From the NCBI GenBank assembly GCA_019240015.1, contig JAFAZB010000231.1:1-46403 (forward strand): a stretch of DNA of 46,403 bases. Direction: 5' to 3'. Every line of letters begins with the position of its first letter. Within the stretch, counting starts at the first letter, position 1. Shown one piece after another: positions 28,603 through 37,649 of the stretch. Made by a program: the position numbers and the translations under genes. This stretch comes from Solirubrobacterales bacterium. GTDB lineage: Bacteria > Actinomycetota > Thermoleophilia > Solirubrobacterales > Solirubrobacteraceae. The notes beneath the pieces are model-generated. The model searched no databases. It saw nothing but the letters and a program-made list of their open reading frames with translations, and was not told the DNA's origin.

Positions 28603-31161
28603 ATGGCAGGAGCATCGCGGAGAGCGTTGACGCGGGCGTGCGCATGCGCGTGCCTTGGCGCTGCGCTGGTTTTGCCGGGCGCCTCCGCGGCGCCGCTGGG
28701 GTTGGTGCGAATCGGGCGCAAGCCCGCCGTCCCCGCCGGCGCGACCGTCCTCGGCGCGCTGCCCGCTGGGGCTCCGATGCACGTAACGGTCGCGCTGTTG
28801 CCGCGCGACCCCGGCGGGCTCGCCGGCTACGCAGAAGCCGTCTCCACGCCCGGCTCGGGGGTCTACCGCGACTATCTCTCGCCGGCGCAGTTCGCGCAGC
28901 GCTACGGAGCCGCGCCGGCGCAGGTCAGGGCAGTGCAGGCATCGCTGCGGGCGCACGGGCTGAGGCCGGGCCCGGTCAGTCCGAGCTCGCTTTCAATCCC
29001 TGTCACCGCCACCGCCGGACAGCTGGAGCGCGCGTTCTCGCTGACGTTCTTGAGGCTGGCGCTCCCCGGCGGGAAGGCCGCCGTCGCGAGCACGGCTGCG
29101 CCCTCGTTCGACGCCGGCGTGGCCCGCTCGGTGCAGGCGGTGGTCGGCCTCAGCACGTTGTCCGCCCCTCGGCCCTTGCTGGTGCGCCCAGGACGGCGCC
29201 CGGCGCTGAGCACCGCGCTCGGGTCCGGGCTGGGGGCTGGTCCGCTGGCGTCGCACCCGCACGTGGCGACGGGGGGCCCGCAGCCGTGTGGAGCCGCCCA
29301 GTCGGCCAGCTCCAGCCAGCAGGCACACACCGCCGACCAGATCGCTTCGGCGTACGGTTTCGCCGGGCTGTACGGCGCCGGCGACCTGGGCGCGGGGCAA
29401 ACGATCGCCGTGTACGAGCTCGAACCGAACGACTCAGGCGACATCTCCGCGTACGCAGCGTGCTACGGCATCCACCCCTCGATCTCCTACATCCCCGTGG
29501 ACGGCGGCGCCGGCAGCGGAGCGGGGTCGGGCGAGGCGGCGCTCGACATCGAGAACCTGATCGGGCTCGCGCCGGGGGCCAGATTGCTGGTCTACCAGGG
29601 GCCGAACATGAACTCGGGCGCTCCGGGGTCGGGGCCATACGACACCTTCAGCACGATCATCGACCAGGACCGCGCCCAGGTGATCACGGTCTCCTGGGGC
29701 CAGTGCGAGGCCGCCCAAGGCGCCGGCACCGCCGACGCGGAGAACACGCTGTTCGAGCAGGCCGCGGTGCAGGGCCAGTCGCTGATCGCGGCGGCCGGCG
29801 ACGAGGGCTCAGAGGACTGCAACGGCGGCAGCGGAACCCCGAACTCCGCGCTGGCCGTGGATGATCCCGCTAGCCAGCCGTTTGCGACCGGGGTCGGCGG
29901 GACCAGTCTCTCGCAGCTCGGCCCACGCCCCACCGAGTCGGTCTGGAACAACGGCGGCGGCCTGGTCGGTGCGCTCGGCGGCGGGGCCGGAGGCGGCGGT
30001 TTGTCTGCCTTCTGGCCGATGCCCTCCTACCAGCTCCAGGCGCCCTCCTCGCTGCACGTGGTGCAGGCGAGCTCCTCGGGGGCGAGCTGCGGCAACCCGG
30101 GAGGCCTGTGCCGGGAGGTACCCGAGGTCTCCGCCGACGCCGATCCCAGCACCGGCTACCTGATCTACTGGAACGGGGCCGGCAGCGCCGGCTTCGGTCA
30201 GCCGACGGGTTGGCAGGGAATCGGCGGCACGAGCGGTGCGGCGCCCGTGTGGGCGGCGCTGATCGCGCTCGCCAATGCGTCGCGCCCCTGCGGGGGATCT
30301 GCGATCGGATTCGCCGATCCCGCGCTCTACCGAGCAGCCGCCGGCGCGTACGGCAACGACTTCAACGACGTGGCGTCCGGCAACAACGACTTCACGCAGA
30401 CCAACGGGGGCAAGTACGCGGCCGGCCCGGGCTACGACATGGCATCCGGGCTCGGCACGCCCAACGGCGCCGCGCTGGCCGCGAGCATGTGTCCTGACAC
30501 GGTCAGGGTGACCAACCCCGGCGGTCAGCGCTCCACGCTGCGCGCATCGATCAGCCTCCGGGTGCGGGCCGCCGACATTCGCGGCGCCACGGTGAGTTAC
30601 CACGCGATCGGACTGCCTCCGGGGCTGTCGATCGGGGGCGCGAGCGGTGAAGTGATCGGCAAGCCTCAGCGGGTCGGGACCTTCTGGGTCACGATCACCG
30701 GTCAGGACGCCCAGGGGGCCAGCGGCAGGGCGGTCTTCCCGTGGTCGGTGGGACAGGCGCCCAAAACCTCGCGCGTGTCGCTCACGGGTCTGGGGAGCGG
30801 GCGCCCAAGGCTCTCCTTCACGCTCACCGCCGGGCGCGGGGCACCTTCGATCCAGACGATCAGGCTCTCGCTGCCAGGGGGGTTGCGGTTCGGCGGCACC
30901 CGTCACGTGACCGTCAGCTCCCCGGGCGTGAAGCGGCTGCGGTTCACCGCCGCACTGTCGCACGGGACGATGGTGATCAGGCTGCGCCGCGCGGTGGGGC
31001 TCGTGCGCGTGTCGGTCTCCTTCCCTTCCCTGCATGGGAGCTTCGGCATGCTCTCCCGCGCCCGCAAGCACAACCGCCGGGGCGTCATGTTGACACTGGG
31101 GATGATCGACTCCGACAACGGCAGCTCGCTGCTGGGAGTGAGGCTCAAGCCGGGCAGATAG
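28603..31161 (+). CDS. Secreted S53 (sedolisin/kumamolisin) peptidase with prodomain and Ig-like extension
   Basis: Prodomain Y..YLSP.QFA..YG; catalytic E/D in GEAALD, AAGD.G, GGTS.AAP; Ca site GYD.ASGLGTP; GLPPGLSI Ig-like repeat. Confidence 0.92.
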   Translation: MAGASRRALTRACACACLGAALVLPGASAAPLGLVRIGRKPAVPAGATVLGALPAGAPMHVTVALLPRDPGGLAGYAEAVSTPGSGVYRDYLSPAQFAQRYGAAPAQVRAVQASLRAHGLRPGPVSPSSLSIPVTATAGQLERAFSLTFLRLALPGGKAAVASTAAPSFDAGVARSVQAVVGLSTLSAPRPLLVRPGRRPALSTALGSGLGAGPLASHPHVATGGPQPCGAAQSASSSQQAHTADQIASAYGFAGLYGAGDLGAGQTIAVYELEPNDSGDISAYAACYGIHPSISYIPVDGGAGSGAGSGEAALDIENLIGLAPGARLLVYQGPNMNSGAPGSGPYDTFSTIIDQDRAQVITVSWGQCEAAQGAGTADAENTLFEQAAVQGQSLIAAAGDEGSEDCNGGSGTPNSALAVDDPASQPFATGVGGTSLSQLGPRPTESVWNNGGGLVGALGGGAGGGGLSAFWPMPSYQLQAPSSLHVVQASSSGASCGNPGGLCREVPEVSADADPSTGYLIYWNGAGSAGFGQPTGWQGIGGTSGAAPVWAALIALANASRPCGGSAIGFADPALYRAAAGAYGNDFNDVASGNNDFTQTNGGKYAAGPGYDMASGLGTPNGAALAASMCPDTVRVTNPGGQRSTLRASISLRVRAADIRGATVSYHAIGLPPGLSIGGASGEVIGKPQRVGTFWVTITGQDAQGASGRAVFPWSVGQAPKTSRVSLTGLGSGRPRLSFTLTAGRGAPSIQTIRLSLPGGLRFGGTRHVTVSSPGVKRLRFTAALSHGTMVIRLRRAVGLVRVSVSFPSLHGSFGMLSRARKHNRRGVMLTLGMIDSDNGSSLLGVRLKPGR

Positions 31162-31199
31162 CGGCCGCGCGACTCGCGACCGCTAGCCTGCGCCCCCTG

Positions 31200-31652
31200 A
31201 TGTCCGTCCTCAGCGGATCGTCCCGGGGCGAGATCGATGCGCCGATCGAGCGTTGCTGGGCCTTGGTGGAGGACGTCGAAGCGGCGCCGCGCTGGCAGCG
31301 TGGGCTCGAGCGGATGGACGTCCTCGAGCGCGACGAGGAGGGTCGTGCCAGCGTGTGCGAGACGCTGAACGACGTGAAGCTGGTGAAGGCGCTGGTTACG
31401 GTCAGGTTCTCCTACGAGCCGCCGCACCGACTCTCATGGACGCTCGTGCGCTCCGAGGATCTGCGCTCGCTGGATGGGTCCTGGGAGCTCGAGGCGCTCG
31501 GCCCTGGCCGGACCAAAGCGACCTATTCGCTCGCGCTCGACCCCGGGCCTGTCGGAGCGCTCGCCCGCGGCCCGATGGTGCGCATGATCCGGCCGCTGGT
31601 GGTGGGGCGTCGTCCCGAGGAGCTCGCTAGCGCGCTCTCCCGGCCCGCGTGA
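31200..31652 (+). CDS. SRPBCC (polyketide cyclase/dehydrase) family protein
   Basis: EIDAPIE.CW..V.DVE..P.W and L..LDGSW.L motifs. Confidence 0.85.
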   Translation: MSVLSGSSRGEIDAPIERCWALVEDVEAAPRWQRGLERMDVLERDEEGRASVCETLNDVKLVKALVTVRFSYEPPHRLSWTLVRSEDLRSLDGSWELEALGPGRTKATYSLALDPGPVGALARGPMVRMIRPLVVGRRPEELASALSRPA

Positions 31653-31665
31653 GCGCTCCGATGGG

Positions 31666-32595
31666 TCAGGCCGCGACCGTCAGCGCGTCGCCTTCATAGC
31701 GGGTCGCCACCTCGGAGAGCACTCGGATCATCGCCCTCGCGGCCGGCACTACCCCTGGCTTGGCCAGCGTCGCCGCGGTCACCTTGCGCGCGGGGCTGCG
31801 AGGCGCCAGCGCCCGGACCACGATCCCGTGATGGACCCGGGTCAGCGCCAGCCGCGGGATCAGCGCCACCCCGACCCCGGCCGCGACCAGTCCCTGGATC
31901 GTCTCGTAGTCATCGCTCTCGAAGGTCACGTTGGGCTCGAATCCGGCCGCGAGGCACGACCGCACCACGTGCCGGGCGCAAGGACTGGCCGACGATGTCT
32001 GGACCCATTGCTGGCCCTCGAGGTCTGCGAGCGTAAGCGCGCGCTTTGACGCGAGCGGGTGCTCCGCCGGGAGCGCGACGTGCATCGGATCCTCGAGCAG
32101 CGTCACCGAGCGCAGCCCGTCCCCAGGGCGCTCTCGGGCGCCTGGAAACTCGAACAGCAGTGCCAGATCGAATTCGCCGGCGCGCAATCGGGGCGCGACC
32201 TCTTCGGGCTCTCCCTCCGCGAGCGACAGCGCCACCCCAGGGTGGCGCTCACGGAATTGCGCGACCGCGAGCGGCATCAGGGTCGCGCCGGCGGAGGGAA
32301 ACGAGGCCACCCGCAGCTTTCCCGCGCGAGTCCCGAGCACCGCCGCCAGGTCGGCCTCGGCGGCCTGGACCTCGGCGAAGATGGACTCAGCGTGCTCCAC
32401 CAGCGTGGCGCCGGCCGCGGTGGGTCGGACACCGCGGCGGTCGCGCACCACGAGCGTCGTTCCGGTCTCGGCTTCGAGGCGCGCGATCGCCTGGGACACC
32501 GCCGACTGCGTGTAGGAGAGCGCCTCGGCCGCGGCAGAAAAGGACCCACGTGAGATGACCTCGCAGAGCACCTGCAGACGGCCCAGGTTCAACAT
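31666..32595 (-). CDS. LysR-family transcriptional regulator
   Basis: GSFSAAA..L.YTQSAVSQ.I..LE...G..L..R, LVAAG.GVALIP. Confidence 0.95.
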   Translation of the reverse strand: MLNLGRLQVLCEVISRGSFSAAAEALSYTQSAVSQAIARLEAETGTTLVVRDRRGVRPTAAGATLVEHAESIFAEVQAAEADLAAVLGTRAGKLRVASFPSAGATLMPLAVAQFRERHPGVALSLAEGEPEEVAPRLRAGEFDLALLFEFPGARERPGDGLRSVTLLEDPMHVALPAEHPLASKRALTLADLEGQQWVQTSSASPCARHVVRSCLAAGFEPNVTFESDDYETIQGLVAAGVGVALIPRLALTRVHHGIVVRALAPRSPARKVTAATLAKPGVVPAARAMIRVLSEVATRYEGDALTVAA

Positions 32596-32627
32596 CTCGT
32601 CACGGGTCTTGGGGGCCGAGGGCTCGC

Positions 32628-32642
32628 ATTAGCAAATCTTAT
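32628..32642. promoter_or_regulatory. Putative LysR T-N11-A box
   Basis: ATTAGCAAATCTTAT, an imperfect IR in the AT-rich divergent region between lysR and usp. Confidence 0.5.
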
Positions 32643-32740
32643 CTGATCGATGACGAACTTCATTAGTCCTGATAGCAGGCGGGTGCGATCCTGACCGCGA
32701 ATAACCACCGAGAGCGAAACCCACAAGGCAGGAGCTTCAC

Positions 32741-33427
32741 ATGGCAACCACCGCGATCGTCTCCTACGACGACACCCCCAACGACCACGACGCGCTGATG
32801 CTGGGCCGGGTGCTGGCGGCGGCCGGCGCGCAGCTGACGCTCGCCTACGTCCGTCACTCCACCCAAGCCGAGCGCGAGCGCGAAGAGCTCGAAGAGCACG
32901 AGGCCGAAGCGCTGCTCGACCGCGGGGCGCGGTGGATCGGCGATCCCGACGTGGAGCGCAGGGTCGTCGTCAGCGGCTCGACCGGCGAGGGGCTGAAGTG
33001 GCTCGCCGAGCAGCAGGGCGCCGACGTGGTCGTGTTCGGCTCGGACTACCGCACCGCCGCGGGCCATGTCGCCCCCGGGCGCTCGGCCCAGACACTGCTC
33101 GAGGGCGGCCCGGCCGCGCTCGCCTTCGCCCCGGCCAACTACCGCGGTGAGCGCACTCCCCAGATCAGGACGATCGGCGTGCTCGCCGTCCCCGGCGACG
33201 ACGCCGCGATCGAGACCGCGCGCGAGCTCGCCGCTGCCCTGGACGCGAAGCTGACCCGGGACGAGCCCCGGGTGGATCTACTGGTGGTCGGCTCTCGCTC
33301 CGAGGCGCCGGACGGCCGACTGATGCTCACCGCCCAGGCGCAGAACGCGATCGAGGAGGCCACTTCGCCGGTGCTGGCCATCGCCCGCGGCGTCCCGGTC
33401 CGGTTCGACGCGCTGGTCGCGGCCTGA
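32741..33427 (+). CDS. Universal stress protein-domain protein
   Basis: IVSYD....DAL, L..LAEQ..ADVVVFGS, VDLLVVGS, SPVL. SD AGGAG. Confidence 0.8.
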   Translation: MATTAIVSYDDTPNDHDALMLGRVLAAAGAQLTLAYVRHSTQAEREREELEEHEAEALLDRGARWIGDPDVERRVVVSGSTGEGLKWLAEQQGADVVVFGSDYRTAAGHVAPGRSAQTLLEGGPAALAFAPANYRGERTPQIRTIGVLAVPGDDAAIETARELAAALDAKLTRDEPRVDLLVVGSRSEAPDGRLMLTAQAQNAIEEATSPVLAIARGVPVRFDALVAA

Positions 33428-33462
33428 CAGGCACGGCAAACCGGCGACAGCCGTCTGGCTGC

Positions 33463-34500
33463 CTACGGCAGCACCAGATGGCTGTCGCCGAATTCGTGCC
33501 AGAGGTATCCGTGCGCGAGCGCCTCTCGGTAGGACAGAGCGAGCAACGCTCTCCCTGCCGCCGCCTCGAGCAGGCGCAGGTGCGGGGCGTTTGGCTCGTG
33601 CAGGCCGGTGATCAGACCGTCGACGGCTCGCAGCGGGCGCTCCGGCGCCACGACCAGCTCCGTCCATCCCGAGCCCGCCTCGAGCATCCCGTCGGGGCGC
33701 GCCACCGTCTCGAGTGCCCTGACCACGGTCGTACCAACCGCGATCACGCGCCCGCCCCAGGCCCTCGCGGCGCTCACCAGGGCCGCGGTCGGCTCGGGCA
33801 CCTCGTAGCGTTCAGGCAGCGGCGGCTCGTCGCGCTCGGGGGATGACACCCCGGTGTGGAGCGTGATCGTGGCCAGTAGGACCCCGCGGCCGATCAGCTT
33901 CGTCAGCAAGCGAGGCGTGAACGGGCGGCCGGCACTGGGCATCTCGGCACTTCCGGGAACGCTCGCGTAGGCATTCTGGTAGTCGCTCAGCGGCCGCCCG
34001 TCGGCCACGTACCCGTAGCGAATCGGCGTCGCGTGGCGTGCCAGGTACTCATCCAGGCGCTCACGACCTACGAGCCGGGCGAGCATCAGCCGTGCGCTCG
34101 ACGCGTACGGTGCGATCAGCTCGAACGTCGCCGCGCCGTGCTCCAGCAGGATCCGATCCCCGGCCCGTGAGCGCAGCGGTCGGGACCCGTCCGCGGTGCG
34201 CAGTTCGACGATCCGCCAGTCCTCGCTGAGACCGGGGGCGGGCCCTGAGATGTGGACCCTGAGCGCGGTTCCGTCCCCGCTGCGGCCCGCCGTGGCGGCC
34301 CGCAGCGTCGCCGAGACGTTGAGAACCACCACGTCACCGGGTCGGAGCAGCTCCGGCAGCTCTCGGAAGCTTGAATGCTCGATCCGCTGCTCCGCGCGCC
34401 TGGACACCAGCAGCCTGACGTCGTCACGCTCGAGGCCCCGAGCCTCGGGTGGCTCTCGGGCCTCGAGCGACTCGGGCAGCTCGAACGACAGCGCGCTCAA
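33463..34500 (-). CDS. Divergent QueA-like protein (S-adenosylmethionine:tRNA ribosyltransferase-isomerase family)
   Basis: F.LP..L.A..P..RD..RLLV, GD..V.N, AVGTT.VRALE and GD match the QueA fold. Active-site motifs are altered (see findings). Confidence 0.85.
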   Translation of the reverse strand: MSALSFELPESLEAREPPEARGLERDDVRLLVSRRAEQRIEHSSFRELPELLRPGDVVVLNVSATLRAATAGRSGDGTALRVHISGPAPGLSEDWRIVELRTADGSRPLRSRAGDRILLEHGAATFELIAPYASSARLMLARLVGRERLDEYLARHATPIRYGYVADGRPLSDYQNAYASVPGSAEMPSAGRPFTPRLLTKLIGRGVLLATITLHTGVSSPERDEPPLPERYEVPEPTAALVSAARAWGGRVIAVGTTVVRALETVARPDGMLEAGSGWTELVVAPERPLRAVDGLITGLHEPNAPHLRLLEAAAGRALLALSYREALAHGYLWHEFGDSHLVLP

Positions 34501-35189
34501 GCCGAGACCTCGGCGAGCGTCATGTCCCTGGCGCGGTAGCGACCGCTTGGCCTCCGGCCCTCGATCAGCGCGAGCAGGCCCGGAACGCTCGCCTGCGGCG
34601 GCGGACGATCTGAGATGTCCTCGCCGGGGAACGCTTGCTGGTGCATCTCGGTCCGCATGTCCCCAGGGTCGACGGCATAGACCCTGAGCGCCGGATGCTC
34701 GGCCGCGAGGATCGCCGAGAGCTGCTCGAGCGCCGCCTTCGAGGACCCGTAGCCGCCCCAGCCCTCGTACGGCTCGACCGCCGCGTCGGAGGTCACGTTG
34801 ACGATGCAGCCGCCCGGCGCGATCTGCGCTACGACCAGCTGCGAGAGCGCCAGCGGCGCGAGCACGTTGACCCGGTACACGCGCTCGAGCTCGGCGAGCG
34901 GGTAATCCAGGAGCCGCGGCTGCGGGCTTGGACCGAGCGTGCTGGCGTTGTTGATCAGCGCGTCAAGCCGCTCGCCGCCGGCCTCGGCGAGCGCCTCGCG
35001 ATGCCACGGATCGCTGACGTCGCCTGAGATCGCCACTACCTCCGTGATCGCCCCGAGCTCGCGGGTGACCAGCTCGAGGTCGGGGGCCCCGCGGGCATCC
35101 AGCACCAGCGCCCATTGCCTGGCCGCGAGCGCGCGCGCCAGCTCCAGCCCCAAGCCTCGGGACGCTCCGGTGATGATTGCGCGTGGCAC
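34497..35189 (-). CDS. SDR oxidoreductase
   Basis: TGASRGLG, NNAS.LG, YGSSKAA, DPGDM.T. Leaderless GTG at 35189; overlaps the queA-like start. Confidence 0.92.
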   Translation of the reverse strand: MPRAIITGASRGLGLELARALAARQWALVLDARGAPDLELVTRELGAITEVVAISGDVSDPWHREALAEAGGERLDALINNASTLGPSPQPRLLDYPLAELERVYRVNVLAPLALSQLVVAQIAPGGCIVNVTSDAAVEPYEGWGGYGSSKAALEQLSAILAAEHPALRVYAVDPGDMRTEMHQQAFPGEDISDRPPPQASVPGLLALIEGRRPSGRYRARDMTLAEVSA

Positions 35190-35235
35190 CCTGCTCACGC
35201 TACGCCTCGAGCGGTCCCGGTTTCCAGCGGTAATT

Positions 35236-35263
35236 GGTCCTAGGACCGCTGGTCGATTAGACC
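35236..35263. promoter_or_regulatory. Palindromic candidate operator upstream of the SDR-queA-like promoter
   Basis: Perfect GGTCCTAGGACC (35236-35247) plus GGTC-N5-GACC (35251-35263); -10 TAGCGT at 35202-35197 on minus. Confidence 0.5.
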
Positions 35264-35899
35264 CTCGCGGACGGCCAGCAGCGCCGCCTGGGTTCGGTCG
35301 GCGACCTCGAGCTTCGCCAGCAGGTGGCCGACGTGGGTCTTGACGGTTTTCTCGGAGATCCCCAGCGTCAGCGCGATCCGCTTGTTGGATTGCCCGGCCG
35401 CGATCAGCTCGAGCACCTCGCGCTCGCGCCCGGTGAGGCGGCCGCGCTCCGCCGGCGGGGAGTGGGGCCGCCCTGAGAGCGTTTGCATCAGCGCAGCGGT
35501 GACAGCTGGATCGAGCATCGCTCCGCCGGCGTGGGCGGCTCGGACCGCCCGGGCGAGCTCGCTCGGGTCGACGTTCTTGAGCAGATAACCCGCCGCGCCC
35601 GCCTCGATCGCTGGCATCAGCCGATCGTCATCGAGGAAGCTCGTGAGCACGATCACGCGGCTGCGCGGCGCACGCCCGCGCAGGGCGCGCATCGCGCTGA
35701 GGCCGTCACGGCGCGGCATCACGAGGTCCATCAGGATCACGTCGGGCTCGAGCCGGGTCGCCTGCTCGACCGCCTCCTCGCCATCGCCGGCCTCGCCCAC
35801 CACCTCGATCCCGTGCTGAAGCGCGAGGTACGTACGCAAGCCCTCCCTGACCACCGCGTGGTCGTCGACGATCAGCACCCGGATCGGATCGCCGCTCAT
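35240..35899 (-). CDS. NarL/LuxR-family response regulator
   Basis: VDDH..VREGL, DVILMD..MP..DG, GYLLK, LT.RE.EVL, SNK.IA..L.ISEKTVKTHV. Confidence 0.96.
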   Translation of the reverse strand: MSGDPIRVLIVDDHAVVREGLRTYLALQHGIEVVGEAGDGEEAVEQATRLEPDVILMDLVMPRRDGLSAMRALRGRAPRSRVIVLTSFLDDDRLMPAIEAGAAGYLLKNVDPSELARAVRAAHAGGAMLDPAVTAALMQTLSGRPHSPPAERGRLTGREREVLELIAAGQSNKRIALTLGISEKTVKTHVGHLLAKLEVADRTQAALLAVREGLIDQRS

Positions 35900-37050
35900 C
35901 TCCTCGTGCCCGCGGGGGCCGGATCGGACAGCTCCAGCCGCACCCTGGTCCCCGCATTGGGCGCCGAGCGAATCTCCAAGCTGCCCCCGAGCTCGCTTGC
36001 GCGTTCCTCCATCGAGGTGAGACCGAGATGCCGCGAGCGGGCGTCCGTGCTCTGCGGGTCGAAGCCCACCCCGTCGTCGGTGACCTCCACCACCAGCGTG
36101 CCGTCGTGGTGCTCGAGCGTCACGGCGACGTTCGCGGCGCGGGCATGGCGGATCGCGTTGTGGAGCGCTTCGTGAACGATCCGCAGCACCGCGAGATCGC
36201 TGTCCCGGGCCGGACTGCGCGCGGCGGGCGCGCGGAGCTCGATCTCGATCCCGTGAACACGGCTCAGCATCTCGACCTCCTTGCGCAACGCGCCCTCGAG
36301 GCCATCACGCTCCAGCTCGGGTGGCCGCAGGCCGAGAATCAGCGTGCGCAACTCATCGAGCGCCTCCCGCGCCAGCTCCCGCACCCGGTGCAGCTGGGCG
36401 CGGGCGGCCACCACATCGCGCTCGAGCAGGGTGGCGGCCGAGTCCGCCCCCAAACTGAGGCTGAACAGCTTCTGGCTGACGACGTCGTGCAGCTCGAGCG
36501 CGAGCCGGTTGCGCTCCGAGAGGATCGTCAGCTCTTGGCTGCGCTCGTACAGGCGAGCGTTGGTGATCGCGATCGCGGCGTGCGCGGCCAGCAGCTCGAT
36601 CAGCTCCTGGTCGGTCGCATCGAACGACGCGCCGCCCTGTTTCTCGGTCAGGTAGAAGGCGCCGATCACCTGGTCGCGGACCACGATCGGGACCCCCAGA
36701 AACGAGCGCATGTCGGGGTGCTGGCGTGGCCACCACCCTCGAAACCGGGGGTCCTCGTGGATGTCCTCGGTGCGGTAGGGCTCGGCGGTCTCGAGCATCG
36801 CGCCGAGCATCCCGTGCGTCCTCGGCAGGGGCCCCATCGCGGCGACCAGCTCGTCACTCATGCCGGCCACCAGGAAGCGCCGGAAGCCGCCTTCGCCGTC
36901 AGGTATGCCGAGCGCGGCGTAGCGTGCCTGGACGAGCTCGCGCGAACGGTCCACCAGCCGCTGGAGGACCTCGTCGACCGATAGCTCGCTCGCGACCGCC
37001 AGCACGGCATCGCTGACCGCCTTCAGCGCCGGACTGGACGGCTCTGGCAT
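35896..37050 (-). CDS. Cytoplasmic GAF-domain sensor histidine kinase (HisKA_3, DosS-like)
   Basis: ARYAALG, HPDMRSFLGVPI, ELHD.VSQ H-box, EAL.N..RHA, DDG.GF, GL..M.ERA, GT.V; no TM helix. Confidence 0.93.
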   Translation of the reverse strand: MPEPSSPALKAVSDAVLAVASELSVDEVLQRLVDRSRELVQARYAALGIPDGEGGFRRFLVAGMSDELVAAMGPLPRTHGMLGAMLETAEPYRTEDIHEDPRFRGWWPRQHPDMRSFLGVPIVVRDQVIGAFYLTEKQGGASFDATDQELIELLAAHAAIAITNARLYERSQELTILSERNRLALELHDVVSQKLFSLSLGADSAATLLERDVVAARAQLHRVRELAREALDELRTLILGLRPPELERDGLEGALRKEVEMLSRVHGIEIELRAPAARSPARDSDLAVLRIVHEALHNAIRHARAANVAVTLEHHDGTLVVEVTDDGVGFDPQSTDARSRHLGLTSMEERASELGGSLEIRSAPNAGTRVRLELSDPAPAGTRR

Positions 37051-37074
37051 GCCAGGACGATAGCTTTGCCTCAC

Positions 37075-37161
37075 ATGCCGCGGTTCCTGATCTGGACCCA
37101 GGTGGCGATCGTGATCTTCGTCCTCGCGGGCATGGTGATCGCGATCACAAAACTGGTGTAA
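37075..37161 (+). CDS. 28-aa single-TM small protein (absent from the ORF track)
   Basis: MPRFLIWTQVAIVIFVLAGMVIAITKLV*. Third codon positions are almost all G/C; fills the intergenic gap; TAGCTT upstream. Confidence 0.7.
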   Translation: MPRFLIWTQVAIVIFVLAGMVIAITKLV

Positions 37162-37183
37162 TCAGCCCAGTACAGTCCTTGCC

Positions 37184-37630
37184 ATGTTCGGCTCGATCCT
37201 CGTCGGGACCGACGGCTCGGAGACCGCTTCGACGGCGGTCTCGCACGCGATTGCGCTCGCGGGCGCGCTGGGCGCCAAGCTTCAGATCGTCAGCGCCTAC
37301 GAACCGATCGCCGAGCATCGCCTGCGGAGCGCGCGGGTGGAGGTGCCGAAGGATCTGGAGTGGATGATCAATCCCCATCAGGACGTGCTGGCGCTGCTCG
37401 AGTCCGCTGAGCAGCAGGCCCGGACCGAGGGCGTGGAGCAGGTCGAGACCTTCGCTCGGCAAGGCGACGCGGCCGACGCGATTCTCGACGTCGCCGAGGA
37501 GCAGCGCGTAGAGCTGATCATCGTCGGCAACAAGGGGATGACCGGCGCCACCAGGTTTCTGCTCGGCTCGGTGCCGAACAAGGTGTCGCACCACGCGCCC
37601 TGTTCGGTGCTGATCGTTCGCACCACCTAG
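37184..37630 (+). CDS. Universal stress protein (UspA family)
   Basis: ILVGTDGSETA, GDAADAIL, LIIVGNKGMTG..RFLLGSVPNKV.HHAPCSVLIV. Confidence 0.95.
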   Translation: MFGSILVGTDGSETASTAVSHAIALAGALGAKLQIVSAYEPIAEHRLRSARVEVPKDLEWMINPHQDVLALLESAEQQARTEGVEQVETFARQGDAADAILDVAEEQRVELIIVGNKGMTGATRFLLGSVPNKVSHHAPCSVLIVRTT

Positions 37631-37649
37631 CGCCCCCGGCGCGGCGTCC

